In this document: positions 51,183 through 64,000 of the stretch, in pieces | Layout: every line of letters begins with the position of its first letter | Numbering within the stretch: the stretch's first letter is position 1 | NCBI GenBank assembly: GCA_002269645.1 | Contig: NIVC01000415.1 | Location: 556,771 to 620,770 of the forward strand | Reading direction: 5' to 3' | DNA: 64,000 nt | DNA from: Macrostomum lignano | Lineage: Eukaryota | Program-made: the position numbers and the translations under genes | Notes under the pieces: model-generated | Told to the model about the DNA's origin: nothing | What the model saw: only the letters and a program-made list of their open reading frames with translations | The model's database searches: none

Positions 51183-52914
51183 CTGCAATTGAGACAAGAG
51201 CCAGGCTTAGTTATAACTTGGAACTTGTATCAGTTTCCATTATTTATGAGTGCAAAAATAGCCAGGAATAAATGAATGACTACTATTCAATCATTGTCAA
51301 ATAGGCTCTAACATGTCAGTCATTTTTTTACCAGAAACACTTACAAAGCAACTAGCGAGCTACATGTAAGTGCGAGTATTAGTAGATGCCACAGTAGAAC
51401 ACGCATCTGAAATGCAAAGCATATGGGCTGGATTATATTGATATTTTCCTCGCAGCTAGTGCCAATGAAGCATGAAAATCTGCTTCAAATAGGTTGCTCA
51501 CCACGAAATTAGCGTCAGTTATAAGCAAAATTTTTTTTTCTTTTGATAACTACCGAGTAGATTCCTGAAAAATTCTTTGAATTTGCAGCCTTTTAAGCTA
51601 AGATATTTCAGTCAATCAAAGTAGGAACTTTGCATTAAATCATGACGGATTAAAATCTTCTAATACGGAACATTTAGAGTCAAGTATAGTTTTGTGTTTT
51701 CGCTTGCTATTTTTAGAAACATGTACATTGCAATGTACACCTGAACACGGGGGACGCTTGCATTGAATCAAAGTTCCCCTTTATCTAGCCTGGTCCAAAA
51801 ATAACTCTGCACGTTATTTTTAACTAACTGTACAAATAACTGTACAAAGCAGCGTTCGCCAAACGCGTACAAAATCTGTAGCTAGGGTCAATTTGGCATG
51901 AAAACTTTCATGCAAATGTAAAAATTTGACTCCAGATTTAATGTACTATTATGTTAGCTAATGTGTAGCTTATGTAGTGATACTCATTTACTTCAGTGAG
52001 GTTTATTTGGTTTATAAAAGTAAGGCATCAATAATACATAACTGAAAATTAAAGCGCATCAATAATTTAAATTCTTAATTCGAATAATATGCTTTAATTA
52101 TAAGCTTAATAAACCGGTAAAAACTGTCAGCTAAAATCTCAAACAAAAATATACACTGCCAAGAATCAGTAATAATCTGAATTAAGTCTGTAAAGGCTAG
52201 AGTAAAATCAATTAAAAAAGCGAAAAAGTCATAATTTGTAGACATTGTCAGCCAGTTATAAACTCTTCAAGACAACGGGCGGAAAGTTTCGGAAAACTAG
52301 GAGGTATTGCTTTCAGCAAAAACTAATACAAAATAAAAAACTGCATGCTTGCATAAGAAATTTTAGATATATAATATATAGCTAGCTATACACAGTATAA
52401 AGATAAAAAAAGAAGAGAGGGGTCAGAGGGCATTAGCTAATACTTTTAATATATTTAGAACTAAAAATTTACCAACAAAATAAACTGCATACTCGCATGC
52501 TCATTAAGCAACTCCAAAGCATCTCCAGTGCAGAAAGTAAATAGCTATAAATTTTATTTTTAAAATCATTGTAAATATTTGTGTCGAAGTGTTGCACCAT
52601 AAAATATTCAATACATGTACGATCGAGTTTTAAACATTGACTGTGTCTATTACAAGCTTTGGTAATTCAAGCATATTAAGTAAACAGTCAAAGCATCACC
52701 GACTGAATAGCAAGCGTCACAAGCAGAAGAGTGAATGAACTTGACTAGAATTTTAACATTTATTCCTGACTGACTGGCTGACTCGCATGACTGGTCGGTG
52801 ATGCTGCACGAGCTGCACTGTGCCAGTTTAAGAAGTCAATGTGAGAGCTGTCCATTTAACAGAACAGGCTCGGTGCAGAACCAAAACATGACATTCTCAC
52901 GCAACCATAAAAAA

Positions 52915-54576
52915 TCATAAAGCAATGTCAGAATCAATGACATCAAAAGTCTGCGATTCACGACGTAAACTTAGCGGACCATCTAACAGAGGTTGATTTC
53001 CCTTGGAAAGTAATTTTTCCTTAGCGACCTTCCCGTGATGATCTTCTAACAATACGACGGCCGAGGTGCCTCGGTCAGTGACATCGTCGCGATCAAAGCG
53101 AGTGGACACTGAACGGTGGCCACCAAGTAGATAAAGAACGACAGACTCAGGATTTGATGCTTTCAGCTGAGAACGCCGTCGCCGTCGACGCTTCATGGCG
53201 ACTGCCAGCACCACAAAGACAGCAATCAGCAGCAGTGCACCAACGATAATGGCAGGATAGATAAAAGCCTGATTCTTCTGGAAAAATGACTCATTTCCTT
53301 CTCTAGCCGAATTGTTTTTCCCTTGAGCAGAAAACTCTGGACTAGACTCGGCATCCGCAAAGCGACTCTGAAGCCGATCCAGAAGAGTTGCCAGCTCGCT
53401 GCCGCTGCAGTGCGCTGCTGAGCTCGGCACGGAGCGCGCAGTATCCGGGAAGCTCAGCAGCGACAGCATCGGGCTGCTGCAGTCGCCGAACTCGACCACC
53501 GCTCTGTCGGACTCGGTCACTCTGAGAGAGAGGCACGGACCTTTCTCTCGGCCAGTCGCTCTGAAAGCACATTGAATTTGATATCAATTGAATTGAAACA
53601 GCAAATAAGGATTGTCTACTGTACAAGCAAATAATTAGATGCATTCTATTTTGAGTTCAAGCTGTGTACAAATCGAACAGCTTACGAAATGTTTGCGAGC
53701 TTTTCAGACTTCAGCACGCAGCCGCTGTCACTTCTGACGACGGTCAGCACGGTGGCAGCGGATGCGTTCAGGAACATGCCGAGACGGACCGGCTGGCGTA
53801 GGCTCAGAGGCCGTCGGTAGGGAAACTCATTCAGCCTTGCCGTGTCTGGAATACAGCAGATGCGAGTGTTTGAGTTGCCTAATTGAGTTCAATTCTGTTA
53901 CGATCTACAAACACAACTACTGATAACTCACTAGCAGCGATGAACTCGCTGATCTCAGCCATGCTGGAGAAGCTGGCCAGCTGAGCATCGCCTCCAACGC
54001 TATCCGTAGCGTCAGCCATACTCTGCCGCACTGCACTGACAGCATAGCAGCTGCCATTGAACCACGGCATGTCTTGGCCGCACTGTTTCGGAATCGGCAG
54101 CAATATCCTCAGGTTGTCGGAGCTCGGTTTCTGCATTCGTGGATCCCAGTTGAGATCGACGGTGAAGCGCCGACTGAAATGAAGTCGCCAAGTTTTCTGT
54201 GATTCATCGAGTTTAACGATTCAACGTGATAAACAGCATCAGCTTGAGCTGTACTCACTGCTCTGTCGCTGGTCGAACTTGAAACATGCCGGTCGTAACG
54301 CTGACGGAATCGTTGTTCAAGAAGTCGACCGACATTTTGGCTTTTCTATCGGCAGCTGTCGATCGGTGTTTCTTGCTGGGCACCGCTGCAATCACGAGCT
54401 GCATGCCGACCTTCGCTGTCGTCAGTCTGATGTCCCATATACATTTTATTTGGAACTGGCTTTAAGAGGACATGCCAAGAACGCGTGGTATAAGCAGCTC
54501 GTCACGGTGGTAGAACTCATCAATTAGCAGACCTAACGTATGATCGCGTATGCAGTAGTGATTCGCTGCGAAATTT
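52915..54576 (-). pseudogene. Degenerate C-type-lectin-like TM protein, paralogue 2, with an in-frame TAA at 54462-54464
   Basis: Same exon series (NHYC, DEFYHRDELLIP, KCIWDIRL; FNGSCY..LASFSSMAEISEFI; EFPYRRPLSL; CSSPMLSLLSFP), TM IYPAIIVGALLLIAVFVVLAVAM, then KRRRRRR and a cytoplasmic tail. Confidence 0.55.
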
Positions 54577-57199
54577 CTGGAATGCATATACGAAGTCCAT
54601 GCGTTGAGTAAGTTCCAATGTTTACACCTGTACCATGATCCTCATCCTGAGCACGTTCTCAAATCACATTCTAGCTCGCAGCGTTATTGAACAACCATGC
54701 CCAACACAGCTAAGGAAAAACTTGCCCCTTTACTCCAATACGGTACATAAAAGCAAATACACAGGAAGAAAGCAACAGAGGACCTGCGCCAAAGCTATGC
54801 ACCCAACTTAAGACTGCATTTTATCGTCAAAGCCTTCCATTCGACCGTAAAAATCAGACCTTAGGATGCTTTTCAGGTGGTCATAAATACCTGAGTGACG
54901 AAAGAGCATTACGCTTGTAAGTTACTGCCAAAATGTACAAAATTAGTCAGTTTAAATATTCGATACAAAGTAGGCAACTAGGTGAATTGAAAGAGATTTG
55001 AAGGCTGAAAGAACAATTTACTTAAGCTATTAGTTTTTATTTAGGCTGTGCTGATGACCTGAAATCATTGGCTTAATATCTACCCTAAATTTTCTCAATT
55101 CGGGTCACTCTCCAAAGCCGCCCGCCACTGTAATAATTTAATTTGCCATTGTAATTCGCTGGGTTCCAAATGATTAGCCGTACTATGAGCAAGGAACGAG
55201 CGTATTGTAAAGTGCATATTTGTCGAATCTTGGTGTGGGGTAAAGACTAACATGCGGCAGCACGCATTGGGAATTATTTTTTTATTATGGGGTTCTTTTT
55301 CCAATATTATTTCAGATTTCACCCTTATACCCTTATTCACCCTTATACGTATACTCCTTATATCGGTCCTTTAACATTGAATGATAATCTGCGAGATTGG
55401 AGTAAAGCATGAGATTTGGAGCCTTTTTGTTGTTTCCAGGTGCTTTTTGCGAACAGGCAATCTCGATCTTCTCTACTTCTCAAAGTACTCGTAGTACGCT
55501 CGTATCTTAAAGTACTTTTATCAACAGGCGTACACTCGTATGTAAAAACGACAGTTTCTGATAAAGAAGTGTTAAAAGCCACTACGTAAATTTGCTACTA
55601 AAATTTGAGCCCCATATCTGTTTTTAGATTGCTCAGAAGCATTCCCAAAAAGTCCAATGTAATTCCAATTCAAACGATGCCATATACACGGAATCTAGCC
55701 GCTATATTTTGATAGCTCTTTTGCATGTCAATTGTTTAGAGCAAGGTTCTCTTTTTGAGATGCTAATTCAGTAGCTACCGGTTGGAGCATTTCTGTAATT
55801 GTACTTCCTTTAGAAGTACAAGAAGTATATGGTTCCTTTAGAAAGAACCCAGTGGCAAGAATTTGAGCTAGGTAAAAAAACTCAGGCTTAACACTATTTA
55901 TGAAATTTTTTGGTAGCAATCTTATTTTCTGGAGCTGAAAAACGCGTGAGGAGAAAACGGGCTAAATGCCTATGCAAATTTCCCTATCTGGGCTGGTCCA
56001 AAGTCCACTTGAAACCATATAATTCTGAGTTCCAGATGATTAGCGCTGCTATGAGTCAAGAAAAGCAAAGTTAATACGCTGGTATATTTACTGCAAGAGT
56101 GGGACAGAATGACTAACTTATATTAGCTATCGATACATTTGGTACATTTTAGTGCATCATTCAATTTAATCAGTTCAGATGCTGCACTTACTTGGAGACC
56201 AGTGAACTAAGCACGCCTATGACCAGAAACCAGCTCAGTGAATGATACATTTTCCTTATATTTGCTTTCCAATATCCAATAATGCTTAATCGGTGAGATC
56301 GGTTTCAACGTACACCGATTAAGCCTGTGTCTTCGATTCACGCGAAGGCCTGTTTTTATGGCATCCCTGCCTATAGATAGTAACCTTGTTCAGAAATTCT
56401 CAGGCTTGAGATTTGGCTCGCTTCCTACTAAAAAGGTACTAAGCCGTCGTCATATTCATTTTTAGAAGATCCACAGAAAAGCAGTTTTGCGAGAAAATGT
56501 AGAGTACACTGCTACAGATTAAGTACGTTATTGTGTAGCGCACGATGTGTGCACTGCATTTAATACTTGCCGATAGTACGAGTACAGCGTGTGTACTCAG
56601 CGGCAGAAAATTTAAAGATGGTTCTAATTTTTTCTGCAGTATCCCCTTTTGTTATTTTGCAAGCAGCTGTCCTGAAATTGAACTTTCACAATATGGGGTT
56701 TGAGTGCAATGCAGATTGCAGATTGCAGATTGCAATGCAGGTTAGAAAGAAAATCTATTCGGACTGCACTCCCACTGTGTCTTTTTCTATTTCCGTGACA
56801 GGGCACATCTGTCGATTATAAATGTACCTTTTTCTGTCTCAAGAATCATTCTAAAGAAAATGAAATCAAACATCAGCAGCGAGCTGTCGTAGAAAGGTAT
56901 ATTAATATACTGTATCCGAAATTAAATAAGTCAGAACACATGGGTATATGCAAGCACTTGAAATTCTTTTTAAATCAAGCATGTCAAGAATTAGGTAAGT
57001 AATAAAGAAAACTCTGACTGAAGCAACCAATTACGAATACGACCATTGATAGAAAGTGCATTGAAATTCATAAAAAAGAAACACATTAAAGCTATTACTC
57101 GTGGGAATCTGGATACAATTTCTGTAACATACTTGAGTCATTTACATAAAAAATTACAGAACAAGCTCGTTGCAAACCAGAAAAGTGCATTGCTACTCA

Positions 57200-57350
57200 C
57201 GTGACTTTAAAAATCAATGACACCCAGACTCTGCGATTCATGATTGAAACTTGGCGGACCATGAAACCATCTAACAGAGGCTGATTTCCATTTGAAAGTA
57301 ATTTTCCCTTAGCGGCCTTCCCGTGATGATCTTCTAACAATGCGCCACAG
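57200..57350 (-). pseudogene. Fragment paralogous to the cytoplasmic tail of lectin-like paralogue 2
   Basis: 57225-57345 is collinear with 52945-53055 (LLEDHHGKAAKGKLLSNGNQPLLD vs LLEDHHGKVAKEKLLSKGNQPLLD). Confidence 0.6.
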
Positions 57351-58289
57351 ACACCAGATAGATGAAGGATTGTTATTGCACGAACATACTAATTCGGGTT
57401 AATTTCAAGCATGGACTAAATGATAGACTCCTACTAGAATGATGAGAGAGATACTAAGTAAACACCACTTTATGTCAAAATTAATAGTAATTTAACTAAA
57501 TGAACGCATGATTACATTTAGAATCTTCAAGGCAGCGGCATAATTCTATTGGAAAGTAAAAGGATAAGTAAAAAATATGAAAATATATAACAAGCAAAAT
57601 TATCCAGCTCCAGATTTAAATTTACCAAATTACGCGAAAAATAGAACGCATATATACAAGCTGGCCATGATTAGGTGGGGTTGTTTTTGTGTAAAACAAA
57701 CAATGATTGCAAGAAAAAATGATCAGCAATATCAGCAATTAATTTCAAGGCTGTTTTAACAGCGCGCATTCAGTAGCAAATTTTTTTGCATTTTTATTGG
57801 TAAAACATGATTATGCGTCATGCTACTCAAAGTTTCGGTGGACTCATTTTTAGTATACACGATATTGGACGAGTAAAAGGTTAATTTGAGGTTTACAAGA
57901 AGTGCGAGAGTAAATTGCAGAATAATTCAGTAGACAAACTTGAAATGACAACACAAGGATATCTGGATTTCTGTGTATGTAGACAAAGCAGGAACTTCCT
58001 TTAGAGTAACCTGGATTGGATAGCCCCAATTACATTTTAAAATGATGCGATCCCAGGATTAAAAATTATCCGAGCTATGGATGCATAAATAATCTCGATC
58101 CAGATACTACGAGCGTATCTAAAGGTCTAAAAGCATCAAACCGACCCTTAATCCCATGAGCGGCGGCAATTGCTAAACAGAGCTCGCAAACGTTTGGCCG
58201 TTCCTTTTGGAGGCAGTTCGCCCCGATTCCTAGCGTCCAGCAGTCGCTGACTTTCGACCTCGTCGTTGTCAGCTGGGTCGTCTTTTTGC

Positions 58290-59812
58290 TGTTGCTGTTG
58301 TTGTTGTTGTTGTTCTCTGCGGTGAGCAACTCACAGGGGCCGCCAGTCGACGGCTCCCAGGAGCTTCGCCACCAAGTCACCACGTGCAAAGTCACTCAGA
58401 CTAGTGACGCCGATGTTGCGACGATTAGCTTCGAGCTTAGGGCAGGTCCAGAGGTGAAATTGGTCCGGAACAGCCAGGCAAAGTCAGCAGGGGCCGCCTT
58501 CGGTGATGTCGGTGCGGTTGCGATAATAGTTGGAGTCAGGGCAGTGGCCTGCTCTGACCTGCGCCACGAGGATTTGTTGGCGACGCGGTCCCTGATGGAA
58601 GGAGATCGTTTTACCATAGACCTCGGCCAAGTGCCCATGAAGGGTTGGGCGGTACTTGAGATGATGGCGGATGCGCTCTTTAGCAGCTGCAAGGCAAATT
58701 TCGGACTCGTCTTGAGGCAGTGTGGCCGCGAGCTTGGCCTCTGCGTCGACCAGTTCGTTACCGGGCACTCCGAATGTCCCGGAACCCATTGCAGGGTGAT
58801 CTTCGTGTGCATGGCTGCGTTAGCGAGGAGATCTTTAACTTGCTCAAGCCGCAGGTTGAGGGTTGGACGGTCAGCCTTGATGGCGGCGATGGCGCTCTGG
58901 CTGTCGGTCAGTATGACGGCATGGCGCGGTTCGGAGCTGATAATTTTTTCCAGGGCGAGCTTGATGGCCATTAATTCGGCTTCGTAGGAGTTGCACCAGC
59001 GACCAGCTGCTGCGTGCCCGCGGCGATGGCTGGTGCCATCATGATCGAGGAGGATCCAAGCGGCTCCGCCGTTTTCGACCCCTCCGGTGGCCGAGCCATT
59101 GGTGTAGTAGGTGCAGGATCCTGGGCAGCGTTGCTCAATGGCTGCAAGAGTTTGTTCAGTCGAAGTGGCTCCCAGGTCTGGCAGGTCGGTGAAACAGTTG
59201 ATGCCCTGGTCGACGAGTGAGGTCCTGGGTGGACGGCGTGTAAGGTGGAAGGGCATGCGCGGGAGCGGCATCATGGAGTCGCAGATGCGCCTCGCTTGTT
59301 CGCGCAGGCCTCTGTTGGCCGCGAGTCGGACGTTCGAGTGTTTTTCACAGATCTGGCGAAACAGGTCGCTGAGAGGGCGACGGATGGCTTTCTCGTAGGT
59401 GAGCAGAGCACGCCTGCGGGCCTCAACGCTGATAGGGTCGACCTGAGCCTCCAGGTGGATAGCTTCCGTGGGGGTCGATCGTGGCAGGCCGGTGATGTTG
59501 CGCAGCGCCTCCCTTTGGGCGCGGTCAAGTTCATCCAGGCGAGTCTTGGACAACCAGGGCGTCCAGGCCGATGTAGCATGCCAGATCACCGACTCGACCA
59601 AAGCAGGTAGACTTTGAGGAGGAGGAGGCGATCCCATCCCCAATCCCGGTTTGCTAAAGCTTTTATGATGGCAGTTCGACGGAGCATTTTGTCCTTGATT
59701 TCGCTCAGATGTTTGTCGAAAAGAAGTCCGCGGTCAATCCAGACCCCGAGGAACTTCAGCGCCAGCTTACTGGGGATAGGGAATAGGGGAATACCGTCAA
59801 TCGTTTTGGTAT
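58290..59812 (-). mobile_element. 5'-truncated, frameshifted LINE (I/Ingi-like) with RT C-terminus and RNase H; (AAC)n tail
   Basis: KFLGVWIDRGLLFDKHL; RNase H YTNGS/EAELMAI/LTDSQSAI/QWVPGHS; AQVRAGHC; (CAA)n tail at ~58291-58314. No TSD found. Confidence 0.88.
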
Positions 59813-60471
59813 CGGGGGGGGCGTAACCAAGGGCTTTGGCGCTAGCACCAGGGGCTTTAGCACCAGGGGCTTTAGTACCAGGGGCGCCCGCACTAGGGGC
59901 ACAAATAAATCATAATTTGCTTTGTCTAAGTTCTGTGCGGTGTGCTGTAGGGAAAAATAGAAATTTTTCATTCATTTCAATACCTCATTTTTATATATTT
60001 ACCTTCTTTTCCCTACATTGTTGTTCATAAAAGTCTTCTTCAGAAGTAAAAATCCGCAAAAAACTTAAGAGACAAAAAATCAAGAGCGTTCTACACTACT
60101 GAATCTGAGGAGGCTAGTGTGCTAAACTTATTTTCAGTGTATTTCGCTGCAAGCTTTGAACGTTACTTCTATATCCAAAGATGCATGCTGGATGGATAAC
60201 ATTAATAATTTTTTTATTGTTTTTTTTTTGCGCAAACTGATTTTATACTTAAATGTTTACAAAAATTTTTTTTTGCTGTCCCTGTACACAATATGCCAAT
60301 CCAAAACGTTTGCTGGATACATCAAAATTAATATTCAAATATGCACTAATAAATGGAATTCTAAAAAATGGAATTCTAACACAAAATCTGGATATTGTCA
60401 CCTTGATTGTACTTTTATTAAATAATAAAACTTTGGCACTACAGGTCTATGCTCTGACTGTTAAAAAATAG

Positions 60472-61142
60472 TCACTGTAAAAAAAGACTGTTTCGCTGCA
60501 ATTTAGATAGTAGCCATAAAGTCATGTTAATGCAGCTCACTCCCATTAGGATGAAGAGAAGATATCGAAAGTGAACACCAAGCGCTGAGTCGCCATCAAA
60601 ATATGCCACTGTGTCATTAGCGCTGGTGCTCCAATTCAGAGCATTCATTGAGTACTCAGATGCGTACTGAGGAGTCGACATCTCAAACTCTATCAGTTGA
60701 TTGATCACAGAGTCGCTAATGTTGCAGTGCTCAAAGCACAGCAATGAACTGGGAGTCTCCGGGAAGCTCAGCAGCGACAGCATCGGGCTGCTGCAGTTGA
60801 CGAACTCGACCTTCGCTCTGCTTGACGCGGACACTCTCAGAGACAGACACGGGCCTTTCACTCTGCCAGTCACTCTTAAAAGTCATCCACTAGGACTTTA
60901 TTACAATTGAATTCATCAATCAAATTTACTTGACTTGAGTTTGAATCTCACCTGAATTCATCAAAGTCAGCTACAGGTAGCAGCTGGCAGCCGGTATCAG
61001 TTCTGACTAAGGACAGCACTTTGACATCGGTTGCGTTCAGGAACATGCCGAGACGGACCGGCTGGCCCAGGCTCAGAGGCCGCCTGTAGGGGAACTCGTT
61101 CAGCTTTGCATTGTCTGGAATTTCCCCATGAGATATGAACAA
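60472..61142 (-). pseudogene. Lectin-like TM paralogue 3: only the last two exons remain, with upstream exons displaced by the Gypsy insertion
   Basis: ORFs 60948-61142 and 60472-60873 closely match paralogue 1. Flanks 59890-61300 are collinear with 49020-50420. Confidence 0.65.
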
Positions 61143-61331
61143 TTATTTTCGCATTAGGTTTCATATATTTTGATACGCTCGTAGTTCGTACATGATGCGC
61201 TCAGAAACAGCTAAGTCAATCAATCCTCCCTCGTTCTTCCCAATGGCTACAATCCTCATCACTTAGCTCTTGAGACAGCTAAATCACCAATTTAACTTAA
61301 CACGAGAACTACTGAAAAAGTAGAAGGATGC

Positions 61332-61490
61332 TGTTATATGCTTTGGTATAATGTAACTTGGGCTGCTCTGATGGCGAGCCAAGGAGCTTAAAACAATATA
61401 CTCGTATTTAATCGCCCTGCCTCTTAGCACGTTGGCAGTGGAGGTCAAGGCCATAGACATGGATATACTAGTAAGAGTCCATCCAAATCA
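61332..61490 (-). repeat. 3' LTR of the Gypsy element (159 bp, TG...CA)
   Basis: Minus strand TGATTTGG...CATATAACA, directly preceded by the polypurine tract AAAGGGGAGA (61491-61500); contains ATTAAA. Confidence 0.65.
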
Positions 61491-63319
61491 TCTCCCCTTT
61501 CAAGTCAGTGTCCTTATCACTCGACAAAATTAACTTTTGGATGTCCTAGCCTACTGTACTGGAGTCGGGCGGGCGGGATGCCCTTCGTTGCTCTCGAGCT
61601 ACTTCGAGGTTTCTCCTTGCTTGGTTGATTGGCCGTCGTAGTACGAGTCGTCTCCGTACGTCTTGTACTTTCGCCGTTTGTCGTCTTTGTCATTTGCCAG
61701 TTGTCGGCGGTCAGTGCAATGTTGGCCGTACGTAAATGCGGTTTCTCCGTAGTATTCTGCCGCTCGCCAACTTTACCAGGTAGTCGCGGTGTTTTCCGAC
61801 CTCTACCACTACTCCTCTCCGTTGCCACAGTTTCGTTGTTGGCTCTTGAAGAACTACAGTCGACCCTATTCGGATTCCATCGAGGCTTCTCTTGGACTTG
61901 TTGTACTGTTGCTCCACAGCCTCGTGAACTTCTGATGCTGTGTCCTCCATTTGTTTAATCGTGTTGTACCATTCGGGATTAAAGCTTCTTCGATGAGCAG
62001 GAAGTGAATCTCTTGCTGGGTGTCCATACAGCATAATAGAAGGAATGCGTCCGTCATACATAGGTGTGTTTCTATAGATAAGTATTCCTTCCGCCATTTT
62101 GTCCTTGTCTATGTCATTGTTGCGATAATCCCACGATCCTCTGATGATCTTTTTGGCTGACTTGACTGCCGCTTCGGCTCTCCCGTTGCTTTGGTGGTGG
62201 TATGGGGATGAGAATCTGGACTCGATTCCCCATCTCTTCAAAAAGTTACCAAATGCGCTGGCCTTGAACTGAGGACCTGAGTCTGACCAGAACAATTCCG
62301 GTACAGCTGTCTGACAAAATAGCTCACGGCACGCGTTAATCAGCTTGTAAACCGGAGCATTTTGTCCGAAGTTCCATACGTTGATCCATCCAGAGTATCC
62401 GTCCACTATCACTAGGAATTGCCTGCCGCGGTGTTCACAAAAGTCGCATGAACTTCCTGGAAGCACCTTGCTGGTGTAGTTCTCGGCAACATCGGTTCTC
62501 TGACCTGACTTGGACGGGTTTCTTGGCATGCTTTGCATTGCTTTATTGTGTCATCGATCTGACGTTCCATGCTGGGCCAATAGACGACCATTCTTGCTCT
62601 TGCTTCGGTCTTAGTACGCTCGTAGCACCTTGGTGACTTGAATGTAGTGTTCTCAAAACTTCTTTTCGCATTTCTTTAGGGATGATACACCGGCATCCAT
62701 TGAGAACGACTCCGTTTTCGACGACAAGCTTATGTCTAATGTGCCAGTAAGGTCTTAGATTAACTGGAAGATTAGCTCTATCGTTCGGGAATCCATTCTC
62801 TATTATTTGGATGAGCTCTTGCATTTCTGTGTCTTTCTTTACGTGTTATTGTATTCTCTTCATGTTAAAGTCAATTTCCGTATCTTCCATTATCATAGTC
62901 AACAAATTCACACTACTTAGAGCTTGATTCTCATCAATCTGATCTTCTTCAGTTGCATTTGCAATCGGAGCTCTTGATAGTGCATCGGCATCTACATTGT
63001 CTTTACCTCGTACCCATTTTGCTTCATAGTTGTAGCGATTAAGCTTGGCACGAAGGCGCTGCAACCTCGGTTTTCGATTTGGTCTAGTTGGTAGCCGTTT
63101 AATATCGGAATAAGTGGCTTGTGGTCAGTCACGATTTGAAATGAATCGAGTCCTTCTAAAAACAAACGACATTTTTGCGAAGCCCACACAATTGCTAGCA
63201 ACTCGAGCTCGATCATAGCGTATCGCGTCTCCGCGTCAGCCAGAAACCGTGATCCCGCCTGAATCATTCGCCAGGCGCCGTCAGGTTGTTGCTGCTTGAG
63301 AACAAATCCGAGTCCCTTC

Positions 63320-63659
63320 TGTAATAACTTTAAAGGCAAAGGCTGGCTTGTTGCACGAATTCAGTTTGCTCTGCTGAGCTTAGAATCGCAGAGACACCGG
63401 AAAGGAAGTGGCCGTTCCCAAGCAGAGTGGGAGGCACCTTTAAGGAGTATATTTCGTAGAGCTTCGTAGAGGGAAGGCAGTGGGACTCACATAGACAGTG
63501 GAAAGATACAATGGGGTGAGTCACACGCAGACAGACAGACAGACAGACAGACAGAGACGAGGAACCAGACACACGAAGTGATTCAGACAAGGGGGGTACA
63601 AACATAACAGAAAACACAAGAGTACAAAGTCGGTTAATGTCCGTGGCACAAACACCACA
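63320..63659 (-). mobile_element. Solo LTR (340 bp) nested in the Gypsy RNase H region
   Basis: TGT...ACA ends and a 5-bp TSD CCTTC (63315-63319, 63660-63664). Removing it restores TDASRLKG|LGFVL. Confidence 0.85.
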
Positions 63660-64000
63660 CCTTCAACCTTGATGCGTCGGTTTGCAGTGCGTTGGCTTCG
63701 TGTGATCGTAGTACGCCAATGATGGGACTTTAGACAGATGGATTCGTGCCTTATCGAAGGCTTTTTTGGTGCTCCTCGTTCCAGATGAATGAATTCTTTC
63801 GCGCCATGTAGAGGTCTTAATATCGAGGTACATTCTGCGATCGAATCTGTGAATGGTCCTATTTGATTCACTAGGCCCATAAATGCGCGTAATTCTGTAA
63901 TATTTGATGGCTCAGGGAATCGAGCAATGGCTGCTGTCATGTCAGGGTCCACCTGATAGCACTTTGGTGTAAGCATAAATCCAGCAAACTTTACATTTTT

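Larger units (their letters stand above)
61332..64000 (-). mobile_element. Decayed Ty3/Gypsy LTR retrotransposon (RT connection, RNase H, integrase; continues beyond the window)
   Basis: ELRAFMGLVNQ; TDAS..GLGFVL..SRFL..ETRYAMIELELLAIVWA..VTDHKPL; H-H zinc region; integrase VIVDGYSGW, SDSGPQF, SPYHHQSNGRAEAAVK. Several frameshifts. Confidence 0.93.

Noticed and set aside
55340-55930. Minus-strand ORFs 55358-55582 and 55728-55919
   Set aside because: Broken by stops, with no recognisable motifs; cannot be assigned.
58286-58987. Plus-strand 233-aa ORF with an apparent signal peptide (MLLLLLLLLF)
   Set aside because: Antisense to the LINE; the poly-Leu comes from the (AAC)n tail.

Overview
Repeat-rich animal genomic DNA with GT-AG introns, GC-rich exons and a different minisatellite in most long introns. 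The style suggests the flatworm Macrostomum lignano, but that is inference only. Left to right: (1) 1-12.4 kb is probably one EXOC5 intron. It holds a ~3.6-kb tandem duplication of a non-autonomous Helitron-like element plus a 23-bp minisatellite. One copy is interrupted by a full-length LOA/R1-group LINE (610-5987, 14-bp TSD, ORF1/ORF2 joined by TAATG); the other copy keeps the empty site. (2) The 3' seven exons of EXOC5/Sec10 (12414-20982). (3) A 655-bp MULE/foldback-like element with a 9-bp TSD. (4) A complete 7-exon eEF2 kinase gene (28343-37251). (5) A 12-exon gene not visible in the ORF track, encoding a ~647-aa type I membrane protein (signal peptide, possible discoidin-like and Ig-like folds, TM, tail with YDN/YQTL/YLHM motifs; 41374-48417). 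(6) A minus-strand cluster of 3-4 paralogous degenerate C-type-lectin-like TM genes (49.5-61.1 kb). (7) A 5'-truncated RNase H-bearing LINE, and a decayed Ty3/Gypsy element with a nested solo LTR. All gene models were built by hand from splice signals, phase and remembered homologues; no database search was run.
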